Of a stretch of 32,000 bases of DNA, positions 15,137-23,887 are shown piece after piece; within the stretch, counting starts at the first letter, position 1, and each line of letters opens with the position of its first letter. The translations under genes were made by a program, and so were the position numbers. The notes under the pieces are model-generated. The model saw only the letters and a list, made by a program, of their open reading frames with translations, searched no databases and was not told the DNA's origin. Source of the DNA: Chitinophagaceae bacterium (GTDB taxonomy: Bacteria > Bacteroidota > Bacteroidia > Chitinophagales > Chitinophagaceae). Where the stretch lies: NCBI GenBank assembly GCA_040007815.1, contig JBDTUH010000006.1, forward strand, positions 267,207 to 299,206. The letters are read 5' to 3'.

Positions 15137-16816
15137 ATGGCAAAACTAAGTCTTAAGAATATCATTGGTAAAAAAAATGGCAACACTTCGTTGCTGCTTT
15201 CATTGATTGCTCAATTGAAAGCTGACTTGTTTATTGAAGATGAACAGGAAAAATTTTTAGCCGGAAATAGTAATGCGCAGATCACTTACAGCTATCCCGT
15301 TTTGCTGGATGAAGAAATATTGGGTTGGGTTAAAGGTGATGGAAACGCAGAATGTATTGCATCATTACTTTCTTTGCTGGCTCAAAAAGACATGGAGAAA
15401 AAAAAATTGGGCAGTGAAGTATTGGCATTATACCAGGAAGTAAACATGGTCTTCAATTTTTCCGATAAGCTGGCGCAGGCTATTGAACCCACCGCTATTG
15501 CCGGGATCACACTGGATGAAGCCATGCACCTGATTAAGTCAAACAGCGGGCTGGTCGTCTTGTGGGATGAAAGCAGCAAGCAATTGCAAGTTCCCGCATC
15601 TTCAGGTGAGGAATTATTTAATAAAGAAAAAATAAGTACAAATGCCGGCCTAATGCTCAAAATCGGTTTAAGCGGGCAATCGGATATTATGAGCGACCTC
15701 GCTACATTAAGGGACGCCGGAATTATTGGCCCGTTTGTTCAATCGCTGATGTATGCGGCATTGAAAGTAAAGCATCGGGTAATGGGAGCCATCATTATGG
15801 CAAGCCATGAACCTATGCGATACGCGGCATCCGATCTGAAGTTTCTGACAACACTGGCTTTACAATCTTCTTCCGCTATCGAAAGTGCTTTGCTTTATGA
15901 AAAAAATATCCGCGAAGCAAGGGAAAAAGAAGAAGCCATGCGTCGTATTTATGAAATAACGGCCAAGTTTGTTCCTTATGAATTTATTGGTTCGCTGGGT
16001 CATGACGTTATCACCGATGTGAGGTTGGGCGACCAGGTTGAAAAAGTAGTAACTGTTTTATTTACGGATATCCGCGATTATACCTCTTTATCAGAAAGAA
16101 TGACGCCGGAAGAAAACTTCCAGTTTGTTTGCGCCTACAATGAAACACTCGGCCCCATCATACGTAACCATAACGGTTTTATCAATCAATACCTTGGTGA
16201 TGCGATCATGGCGCTTTTTCCCGGCAGTGCGGCAGATGCCTTAGCAGCAGCTGTTGAAATGAGAAAAAATATACATGAACTTAATATTAAAAGAAGTTTG
16301 AAAAACCTGTCCCCTATACAAATCGGCATAGGTATGCATACCGGTTCTTTGATCATGGGCATTACGGGAGATAAAGACAGGCTGGATGCCACTACTATTT
16401 CTGATACGGTAAATACCGCATCCCGTATTGAAAGCCTTACCAAATATTATAAAGCCGGCATTTTATTGAGCGACGCCACCTTGCAACAAATAGAAGATCA
16501 TCAACAATTTAATTTGCGATACCTTGGAAAAGTGCAGGTAAAAGGCAAACAGGAGCCGGTTGGCTTACATGAATGTTTCAGTGGAAGCAATGAAGAAGAG
16601 ATATTGATAAAAGAAAAAACACTCCCCCTTTTCAATGAAGGAATGAATCATTATTTGAACAGGTCTTTTTCTTCAGCCATAAAATCATTTCAATCTATAA
16701 CAGCAACATATCCGGCAGACCTTACTGCTGAATTCTTTTTAACCAATGCTACCCGTTACTTGCAAAAAGGAGTTCCCGAAGATTGGACAGGTGTGGTGGA
16801 AATGACCAATAAATAG
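15137..16816 (+). CDS. GAF-domain-containing class III adenylate/guanylate cyclase with a TPR-like C-terminal tail
   Basis: It starts 19 bp after the response-regulator stop. The central GAF-like region ends 'FLTTLALQSSSAIESALLYE'. Cyclase core: 'VTVLFTDIRDYTSLSE' (metal Asp), 'INQYLGDAIMALF' (metal Asp) and 'TISDTVNTASRIES' (Asn/Arg). Confidence 0.88.
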   Translation: MAKLSLKNIIGKKNGNTSLLLSLIAQLKADLFIEDEQEKFLAGNSNAQITYSYPVLLDEEILGWVKGDGNAECIASLLSLLAQKDMEKKKLGSEVLALYQEVNMVFNFSDKLAQAIEPTAIAGITLDEAMHLIKSNSGLVVLWDESSKQLQVPASSGEELFNKEKISTNAGLMLKIGLSGQSDIMSDLATLRDAGIIGPFVQSLMYAALKVKHRVMGAIIMASHEPMRYAASDLKFLTTLALQSSSAIESALLYEKNIREAREKEEAMRRIYEITAKFVPYEFIGSLGHDVITDVRLGDQVEKVVTVLFTDIRDYTSLSERMTPEENFQFVCAYNETLGPIIRNHNGFINQYLGDAIMALFPGSAADALAAAVEMRKNIHELNIKRSLKNLSPIQIGIGMHTGSLIMGITGDKDRLDATTISDTVNTASRIESLTKYYKAGILLSDATLQQIEDHQQFNLRYLGKVQVKGKQEPVGLHECFSGSNEEEILIKEKTLPLFNEGMNHYLNRSFSSAIKSFQSITATYPADLTAEFFLTNATRYLQKGVPEDWTGVVEMTNK

Positions 16817-16836
16817 TTATCAGTAATACTCCGCAT

Positions 16837-17592
16837 TTATGGCAATACTGTTTTCATCAATGGGCCTAATTTTTCAGCCCATTTTTTATACTCCAGTCCG
16901 GAAGGATGCAAACCATCAGAACAAAGAAGCGCAGGGTTATTTTTAGCTTCTCTTGTAGATGGCGTGATATCGAGATATTGCACCTGGAAGGAAAGTGAAA
17001 CCTGTTTATTTATCTCATTGAATTCATCAATTTGGGTTTTTATTTTATTAACATCAAAGTACATGGCAAAAGGAGTTACGCTGTAATCAGGAATAGATAA
17101 AACAAAAACATGGGACGGTAAATTATTCGCCAGTGAAATGGATCGCTGTAATAATTCTGTAAACCTGTTTCTGTACTTCGTCGTATCCATCTCGCGGTAC
17201 TGATCATTTACTCCAATTAATAAACTTACCATGTCATAAGGACCGGTTGGGTTTTGGTTCACAATGGCTGTTTGCAAATTAGTGGTTGTCCAGCCACTGG
17301 TTGCAATGATCTGGGGATCGGCGAGGCCTGTTATTCCATGGTCAACAAGCCAATTTTTGGTTTGTATAGGATATCGTTCAGCAGCCGGCACGCCCTGCCC
17401 GGCGGTATATGAATCTCCCAATGCGAGATACTTTTTTTGCGAAGCAGACGACGGGGCCGGGGTTCCGGGAGCTACCGGTGGCGTAGAAGGAGATTGTCCA
17501 CCTACGGCGTTGTCTTTTACACAGCTATATTGAATAGCTATCAGCAGCAGAAAGAATGGTATGATAAGACAAGGCCGGAGCATGATATACAA
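16837..17592 (-). CDS. SGNH/GDSL-family hydrolase, probable lipoprotein
   Basis: Lipobox-like 'IAIQYSC', a Pro/Thr/Ser linker, block I 'ALGDSYTAGQG', block III 'GVND' and block V 'DGLHPS'. Confidence 0.85.
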   Translation of the reverse strand: MYIMLRPCLIIPFFLLLIAIQYSCVKDNAVGGQSPSTPPVAPGTPAPSSASQKKYLALGDSYTAGQGVPAAERYPIQTKNWLVDHGITGLADPQIIATSGWTTTNLQTAIVNQNPTGPYDMVSLLIGVNDQYREMDTTKYRNRFTELLQRSISLANNLPSHVFVLSIPDYSVTPFAMYFDVNKIKTQIDEFNEINKQVSLSFQVQYLDITPSTREAKNNPALLCSDGLHPSGLEYKKWAEKLGPLMKTVLP

Positions 17593-17761
17593 TTACGCTT
17601 AAACCGGCAGAAAAGTTTTAGGATAAGTCAAATAGTTATTGCCCTATTTGAAGTTAAAAATCGAACTGGTAGCTGATTACGGGTATTAGCTACGTATGAA
17701 TAGCATCTAACGAATAAATCAAACAAGTAAGTCGGGGTTTTTAATTATTAATTTATATTTT

Positions 17762-19780
17762 TTAATAGCTCAGTATTTTCTGAATTGTTTCATCCAACCT
17801 TTTTTTCGCCAGGAAATTATTTTCCAGTTCAATACTAAATGGAATAGGTGTGTCTAATGATGCGCAGCGCATCACCGGCGCATCCAATAAACTAAAACAA
17901 TTTTCAGCTATCCAGGCCGCTATTTCTCCTCCAATGCCACCTGTCAATGTATCCTCATGCAGTATCAGTACTCTTCCTGTTCGTTCGACGGATTCCCGTA
18001 TAGCGAGATAATCAAGTGGTAATAAGGTTCGCAGATCAAGAATATCAATGGACTTTTCAGGATGTTCAGCTGCAAATTCTTCGGCCCAATGAACACCACT
18101 TCCATAGGTGATGATACTTATTTCATCACCTTCCAGTACATGACGGGCTTTACCTATCTCAATTTCATAATAGTCTTGCGGCACTGCGCCGCTTACGCTA
18201 CGGTATAACGCTTTGTGCTCAAAGAATAATACAGGGTTAGGATCATTAATAGCGGCAATTAATAATCCCTTCGCATCAACAGGTGTAGAAGGATATACAA
18301 TTTTTAATCCGGGGGTATGCACGAACCATGCTTCATTACTTTGACTATGAAACGGACCAGCGCCAACACCGCCGCCTGTAGGCATCCGTATCACCACATC
18401 CGCATTTTGTCCCCAGCGGTAATGTATCTTGGCAAGATTGTTTATGATTTGATTAAACCCTACCGTTACAAAATCAGCGAACTGCATTTCCATCATACTT
18501 TTATATCCTTCGAGGCTTAATCCCAATGCCGCGCCTACGATAACACTTTCACAGATGGGTGTGTTTCTTACCCTTGCTTTGCCAAACTCTGCAGCAAAAC
18601 CATCTGTAATCTTAAATGCTCCGCCATATTCTGCAATGTCCTGTCCCATCAGGATTAAATTCGCATGAACTTCCATACTTTGATGGAGACCTTCTTTGAT
18701 TGCGTCAATCAACCGGAGATCGTGAGTCGTGAATCGTGAGTCAAGTGAATTCTTCGAGTTATCGACAATTCTGGCTTCTGACTTCTGACTTCCGGCTTCC
18801 CTCTCGGCATACACATCATTCAATTCTTCTTCTGTGTCAGCTATAACCGGTGCTGTATTCATACCGGTTGCCAGCTCCTGTTCTATTTTTTCTTTTAATT
18901 CCTCTTTTATATTCGCTATATCATCCGATGATAAGATATGCTGCCCTGCTAAATATTCTTCATAATTTTTTACCGGGTCTTTTTTCTCCCATAGTTCAAA
19001 AATGTTTTGCGGAACATATTTGGTGCCGCTGGCTTCCTCATGTCCCCGCATCCGAAAAGTCATTGCTTCTACCAGGTAGGGTTTCTGGTGTTTGATGCAA
19101 TATTCCCTTATTCCTTTTATCGTATCATACACCTGCAACAAATTATTGCCATCTATTTGCACTCCATCCATACCATAGCCTTTGGCTCTATCCACCAAAC
19201 TGATACAACGATATTGTTCATTGGTTGGCGTACTTAAACCATAACCGTTATTCTCTATTAAAAAAATAACCGGCAGATCCCATACCGCGGCTACATTTAG
19301 TGCTTCGTGAAAATCACCTTCGCTGGTACCACCTTCTCCCGTAAAGCCTAAGGATACTTTATCTTCCTTTCTGAGTTTATGCGCCAATGCTATGCCATCA
19401 GCAATGGCTAATTGCGGTCCAAGATGAGAGATCATTCCGCAGATATGATGTTCCCGGCTGCCAAAATGAAAACTTCTTTCTCTTCCTTTACTATACCCTT
19501 CCTGTGCACCCTGCCATTGCATGAAGAGTTTGCTCAATGGCATATTGCGTGTTGTAAAAACACCGAGATTACGATGCAATGGCATGATCCATTCATCATC
19601 ATCCAAGGCTAATGTGGCGCCTACAGCAATGGCCTCCTGCCCGATACCGCTAAACCACTTAGAAATTTTCCCCTGCCGCAACAGGATCAGCATTTTTTCT
19701 TCTATCATCCTGGGATATAGAATGCTGCGGTAAAACTGAACCAGCTGGTCATTAGATAAATCTTTTCTGTCGAAGCCCAT
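17762..19780 (-). CDS. Fused alpha/beta E1 component of a 2-oxoacid (branched-chain/pyruvate-type) dehydrogenase, TPP-dependent
   Basis: The N-terminal half has the TPP motif 'GEGGTSEGDFHEALNVAAVWDLPVIFLIENNGYG'. The C-terminal half is E1-beta-like ('MGQDIAEYGGAFK.T.GF...FG..RV.NTPI.E', 'FADF'). The ORF is a single 672 aa. Confidence 0.88.
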   Translation of the reverse strand: MGFDRKDLSNDQLVQFYRSILYPRMIEEKMLILLRQGKISKWFSGIGQEAIAVGATLALDDDEWIMPLHRNLGVFTTRNMPLSKLFMQWQGAQEGYSKGRERSFHFGSREHHICGMISHLGPQLAIADGIALAHKLRKEDKVSLGFTGEGGTSEGDFHEALNVAAVWDLPVIFLIENNGYGLSTPTNEQYRCISLVDRAKGYGMDGVQIDGNNLLQVYDTIKGIREYCIKHQKPYLVEAMTFRMRGHEEASGTKYVPQNIFELWEKKDPVKNYEEYLAGQHILSSDDIANIKEELKEKIEQELATGMNTAPVIADTEEELNDVYAEREAGSQKSEARIVDNSKNSLDSRFTTHDLRLIDAIKEGLHQSMEVHANLILMGQDIAEYGGAFKITDGFAAEFGKARVRNTPICESVIVGAALGLSLEGYKSMMEMQFADFVTVGFNQIINNLAKIHYRWGQNADVVIRMPTGGGVGAGPFHSQSNEAWFVHTPGLKIVYPSTPVDAKGLLIAAINDPNPVLFFEHKALYRSVSGAVPQDYYEIEIGKARHVLEGDEISIITYGSGVHWAEEFAAEHPEKSIDILDLRTLLPLDYLAIRESVERTGRVLILHEDTLTGGIGGEIAAWIAENCFSLLDAPVMRCASLDTPIPFSIELENNFLAKKRLDETIQKILSY

Positions 19781-19869
19781 ACTGCGAATTTCAATGATTC
19801 AGTTATAATTACCAACCATCTTTTTTCGTTATCATTGTTTCCGGCATCATTTTTAAGTTACTTTAGATT

Positions 19870-20931
19870 ATGTATTCCATGACCCAATACCCCTTGTTTA
19901 AACTGGTGAATAGATTTTCTTTCCTGTCTATCTTAATAATTGTTCAGTATTTCCCGGTGAAAGCCCAAAGCCGGGTTGATAATGATCCTTATTATATAGC
20001 TTTTGAGGAACAAATCACAGCCCGACTTTATCTCGCTAAAAAATATACATCGCTCATTATGAAAGCACCGGAGGGTATTCAATCCCTGCGATACCGCCCT
20101 AATAGTTTGGTAACGATGGGCGTCAATGGCAGCTACAAAAATTTGTCATTAAGTTTTGGCTCCGGGTTTGGATTTCTAAATCCCAATAAAAAAGAAAAAG
20201 GCAAGACCCGTTCCTTCGATTTTCAAACACATCTTTATTCCGTTGATTGGGTAACCGATATATATCTCCAGTTTTATAAAGGGTATTACCTGTCAGTGGG
20301 TGGACCGGCGGGAACCGCTGATAAAAATTATTACAAACGACCTGATATAAAAGTAAACCTGCTGGGTGGTTCCGTATACAGGCTGCTCAATGGCGAACGA
20401 TTTTCTTACCGGGCTGGCTTTTTACAAAATGAATGGCAAAAAAAATCGGCGGGTTCCGTTTTGTTAGGCGCCGAAATATATTATGGAACAACTAAGGGTG
20501 ACAGTGCGTTGGTCCCTTCCCATCTTAATGCTTTTTATCCGCAAAAAGGTATTGATCGTGTACGGCTTTTAGAATTGGGTCCAGGCGCCGGCTATGCTTA
20601 TACCGCAGTATGGGAAGAAAATTTTTTTCTTACCGGCAGCGCCACTATCAACGCCGATATCAGTATGGTTAAAGAAAAAACCGTAACCGGTTCCGCTAAT
20701 CGTACCAGCATTAGTCCTAATGCTACACTGCGTGCTATAGCGGGATATAATAGTGAAGAATGGGCGGCTACCATCTCATGGCTGCATAATGCTACTAATT
20801 CCAAAGGAAAATCTTCCAATTATGAGTATGGAATAAAAACCGGTGAGTTCCGTATAACAATAGCAAAACGTTTTACCCCGGGTAATAAATTGAAAAGTAA
20901 ACTCGATCCTATAATTAAAAAGATGCCCTGA
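19870..20931 (+). CDS. Hypothetical outer-membrane beta-barrel-like protein (possibly DUF4421 family)
   Basis: Has a signal peptide ending 'VKAQS', alternating aromatic/Gly-rich strand-like segments, and a last strand 'EFRITIAKRF'. The family name is from memory only. Confidence 0.55.
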   Translation: MYSMTQYPLFKLVNRFSFLSILIIVQYFPVKAQSRVDNDPYYIAFEEQITARLYLAKKYTSLIMKAPEGIQSLRYRPNSLVTMGVNGSYKNLSLSFGSGFGFLNPNKKEKGKTRSFDFQTHLYSVDWVTDIYLQFYKGYYLSVGGPAGTADKNYYKRPDIKVNLLGGSVYRLLNGERFSYRAGFLQNEWQKKSAGSVLLGAEIYYGTTKGDSALVPSHLNAFYPQKGIDRVRLLELGPGAGYAYTAVWEENFFLTGSATINADISMVKEKTVTGSANRTSISPNATLRAIAGYNSEEWAATISWLHNATNSKGKSSNYEYGIKTGEFRITIAKRFTPGNKLKSKLDPIIKKMP

Positions 20932-21051
20932 TAGGTAGAGAAACGTAAATGTGGGAACATAATAAATATCCAAAATAATAAACGCTCTTCGATGTTGCAC
21001 CGGGCTTTACACGGTTGCTTTTCCTCAAATCAAAATTTCAACAAAGAAAGT

Positions 21052-21070
21052 TGCCGGGTCAAGCCCGGCA
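21052..21070. terminator. GC-rich hairpin TGCCGGG-TCAAG-CCCGGCA between convergent genes. Candidate bidirectional terminator or REP-like element.
   Basis: A perfect 7-bp stem read directly from the sequence. It lies between the stop at 20931 (+) and the stop at 21122 (-). There is no clear U-tract on either side. Confidence 0.4.
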
Positions 21071-21121
21071 TGACGTCGTACAATGATAAACATTGAATAC
21101 TTGGTACCTTAATAAACTTCA

Positions 21122-22423
21122 TTACACTACCACCAGTTCATAAAAATCTTCAGGAATTAAATACTTATTCGCAAGCTCCTGAATTTCCTTGGCGGAAATA
21201 TTTTTAATAGTATCAACAGAGTGATTAAAATAATTTTCATCCAGGTTGTTAAGGATAATATTTTTCCATCTGCCAATAATATGAAAAGGTCCATCCAGAT
21301 CGCCCAGCACCGTTCCAATTAAAAAATTTTTAACCAGCAATAATTCTTCATCATCTACTAATTCTTCCCGGAGTATTTGCATTTCCTTGTACACTTCCGT
21401 AATGGTGGCTTCGCTGACATCTTTGCCGGCTTCCGTGCTGATCATCCAGGCAACATCATGCATATGATTTTGAAAATAACTGTGTATGCCATAGGTATAT
21501 CCTTTGTCTTCCCGGATATTGTCCATTAGTCTTGAGCCAAAAAAACCGCCAAAAATAGTATTCAATACCTGTGCTTTCACATAGTCAGGGTGATGACGAC
21601 TGATAAAAGGTTTCGCCATACGAATAGAGCCCTGCACGCCGTCCGGGTCATTGGTCACGCGGTATTTTTTTTCCGTCGCGGGATTAATGATAAATTTATT
21701 TTCCGGCACCGATTTGTTGGAAAGATCACCAAATTGGTCGTTTAATAATTCTTCGAGGTTTCCAGGTAAACGACCGGCGACAAACAAAACCATTTTCCCC
21801 TGCTGATAATAATTTTTATAAAAGTTCAGCAACTGCTCTCTTGTTATCGCATCAAAATCTTCCTCGCGGCTGAAACGGCCATAGGGATGCTGCTCTCCAT
21901 ATAAATAAACATCTATTAATCGCCCGGCGACAAAATCACTTTTCTTCAGGCTTACTTTCAATCGCTGCTTCATATTCTGTTTGGCAATGGCCAATTCTTC
22001 TTCCGGAAAAACAGAATCCACCAGAAATTCTCTTACCACGGGCAGCAATTCTTTTATATGTTTGGTCAGGCAATGCAGCGTCACTGTAGCCGTTTCACTA
22101 TGGCAACTGCGGTTGAGGTATGATCCGTAATATTCAAAATGTTCGTTGACCTGGAAAGCCGTCTTTTTGGATGTTCCATTTTTCAACATCAGGTTAGTCA
22201 CAGCCGCTACCAGGTTGTTGTCCTCATACCAGTTACCCGCATAAAAAACCCATTCAATGGACATCACTTCTTCCGCACCTGCTTCAATAGTATATACCTC
22301 TATTCCGTTTTTTAGTGTCAGTTTCTTATAGGGCTTTAATTGCAGGTTGAAATTAACTGCATCAACTATGGGCGGCGCCTTTTTCCTTTCCAGCATTTTA
22401 TTCCTTTCGTTTTTGATACTCAT
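21122..22423 (-). CDS. M16 (pitrilysin/insulinase) family protein, non-catalytic subunit type
   Basis: The size and the 'GSRLMDNIREDKGYTYG' block are typical of M16. No HxxEH motif is present. It lies 42 bp downstream of the catalytic-type partner. Confidence 0.8.
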   Translation of the reverse strand: MSIKNERNKMLERKKAPPIVDAVNFNLQLKPYKKLTLKNGIEVYTIEAGAEEVMSIEWVFYAGNWYEDNNLVAAVTNLMLKNGTSKKTAFQVNEHFEYYGSYLNRSCHSETATVTLHCLTKHIKELLPVVREFLVDSVFPEEELAIAKQNMKQRLKVSLKKSDFVAGRLIDVYLYGEQHPYGRFSREEDFDAITREQLLNFYKNYYQQGKMVLFVAGRLPGNLEELLNDQFGDLSNKSVPENKFIINPATEKKYRVTNDPDGVQGSIRMAKPFISRHHPDYVKAQVLNTIFGGFFGSRLMDNIREDKGYTYGIHSYFQNHMHDVAWMISTEAGKDVSEATITEVYKEMQILREELVDDEELLLVKNFLIGTVLGDLDGPFHIIGRWKNIILNNLDENYFNHSVDTIKNISAKEIQELANKYLIPEDFYELVVV

Positions 22424-22465
22424 GATAAAGGTTTCGATTATCAGCAGGAGATTTCCGCTACTTCA

Positions 22466-23704
22466 TTAATTATTCGCTAAATACCAGATTGTATTGCTGT
22501 TCTCTTTCCTGAAAATATTACGGCTCTCTTTTAAAACATCCTCCGTTGTAACAGCGGCATATTTTTCCAACTCCGTATTCATCAATTCCGCATCGCCCAG
22601 CATTTCATAATACGCCAGGCTGTTGGCCCTATTCATCACACTCATATCTTCAAAAGCGATCATGCTTTCTGTTTTGTTTTTTACTTTTTGTAGTTCTATG
22701 TCCATTACCGGCTCATCTTTTAAACCCTGCAACACTTCTTCCACCGCTTTCTCAGCATCTTCTATTTTTACTCCTTTCACTAATTTTCCCTCAATAGCCA
22801 GCAGACCCGCGTCCGTGCTGCCAAAATGATGACATTCGATATTACTGAACATTTGTTTTTCTTTTACCAGCGCCTGGTACAATCTTGATGAGCCACCACC
22901 ACTCAATATCTCAGAGATCAAGTCGGCTATATAGTATCCTTTATTTACCCGGTCAGCGATATGCCAGCACTTATAAAATGCGTCCAATGGAACGTTGCCC
23001 TTTATAGTCATTCTTCGTTCTTCATTTTGCGGAAGCTCCTGTGGTAGTTTACGATCGTACTTGTCACCCGCAGGTATATCAGCAAACCATTTTTCGGTTA
23101 GTGACTTTGCTTTATCAACTGTTATGTTTCCCGCTAATACCATAATGGCATTTGCGGGCCGGTAAAATCTAAAAAAGAAATTTTTTACATCTTCCAGCTG
23201 CGCAGTTTCAATATGCGACAATTCCTTGCCGATCGTCATCCATCGGTAAGGATGCGTTTTATAGGCCAGCTCTCTCATTTTATGCCAGGCATCTCCGTAA
23301 GGTTTGGTCAGATAATGCTCTTTAAATTCCTCAACCACTACTTTACGCTGTACTTCGAGGCTTTTTTCGCCAAAAGCGAGTGATAACATACGATCACTTT
23401 CTAACCAGAATGCGGTTTCAAGATTTTCAGCGGGAACCTGCAGGTAGTAATTGGTCAGGTCATTGGTGGTATAAGCATTATTTTCTCCGCCCGCCATTTG
23501 CAGTGGTTCATCATAATTAGGTATATTGACAGAGCCGCCAAACATGAGGTGTTCAAACAAATGGGCAAAACCGGTACGATCGGGATCCTCATCTCTGGCG
23601 CCTACATCGTACATGATGTTCATCACGGCCATAGGCGTAGAATTGTCCTCGTGAACAATAACTCTCAGCCCATTGGCCAATGTAAATTTTTCAAATTGTA
23701 TCAT
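22466..23704 (-). CDS. M16 family zinc metallopeptidase (catalytic type)
   Basis: Inverted zinc motif HxxEH in 'GFAHLFEHLMFGGS', with 'NAYTTNDLTNYY' downstream. Confidence 0.88.
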   Translation of the reverse strand: MIQFEKFTLANGLRVIVHEDNSTPMAVMNIMYDVGARDEDPDRTGFAHLFEHLMFGGSVNIPNYDEPLQMAGGENNAYTTNDLTNYYLQVPAENLETAFWLESDRMLSLAFGEKSLEVQRKVVVEEFKEHYLTKPYGDAWHKMRELAYKTHPYRWMTIGKELSHIETAQLEDVKNFFFRFYRPANAIMVLAGNITVDKAKSLTEKWFADIPAGDKYDRKLPQELPQNEERRMTIKGNVPLDAFYKCWHIADRVNKGYYIADLISEILSGGGSSRLYQALVKEKQMFSNIECHHFGSTDAGLLAIEGKLVKGVKIEDAEKAVEEVLQGLKDEPVMDIELQKVKNKTESMIAFEDMSVMNRANSLAYYEMLGDAELMNTELEKYAAVTTEDVLKESRNIFRKENSNTIWYLANN

Positions 23705-23887
23705 AGATTATTAACAGCGGTTAAATGAGAATGTTCAGACAGTCTTCTTAAACAGAGGCGCAAAAATAAGCTAAGAGAATTAAAGAGAGAAAGAGGAAAA
23801 GAGTAGCTTCTTTTCTTTTCGATGTTTATTTTACAGCCAAATTGAAACGTTTGGGGGTTACTCTTTTAGCGTCTTTATTCTTGTTGG

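Noticed and set aside
15137-16816. Cyclases as antiphage signalling systems (Pycsar/CBASS-like)
   Set aside because: Neither cyclase gene is adjacent to a cNMP-binding TM/TIR/nuclease effector gene. The neighbours are a CheY-like receiver, a metabolic hydrolase and a Crp-type transcription factor, which points to housekeeping signalling. Only the unusual Gln/Thr specificity residues are retained as a finding.
17264-17676. Plus-strand ORFs 17264-17533 and 17437-17676, Arg/Gly-rich
   Set aside because: They are antisense to the Pro/Thr/Ser linker and N-terminus of the well-supported SGNH hydrolase, and their composition is a mirror artefact.
23705-23887. Possible terminator hairpin GAAAAG-N8-CTTTTC after the protease gene, and a GTAGCT-N13-AGCTAC hairpin at 17667-17691 after the E1 gene
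   Set aside because: The stems are short, and the first is AT-rich, with poor or displaced U-tracts. They are not convincing as intrinsic terminators without 3'-end data.
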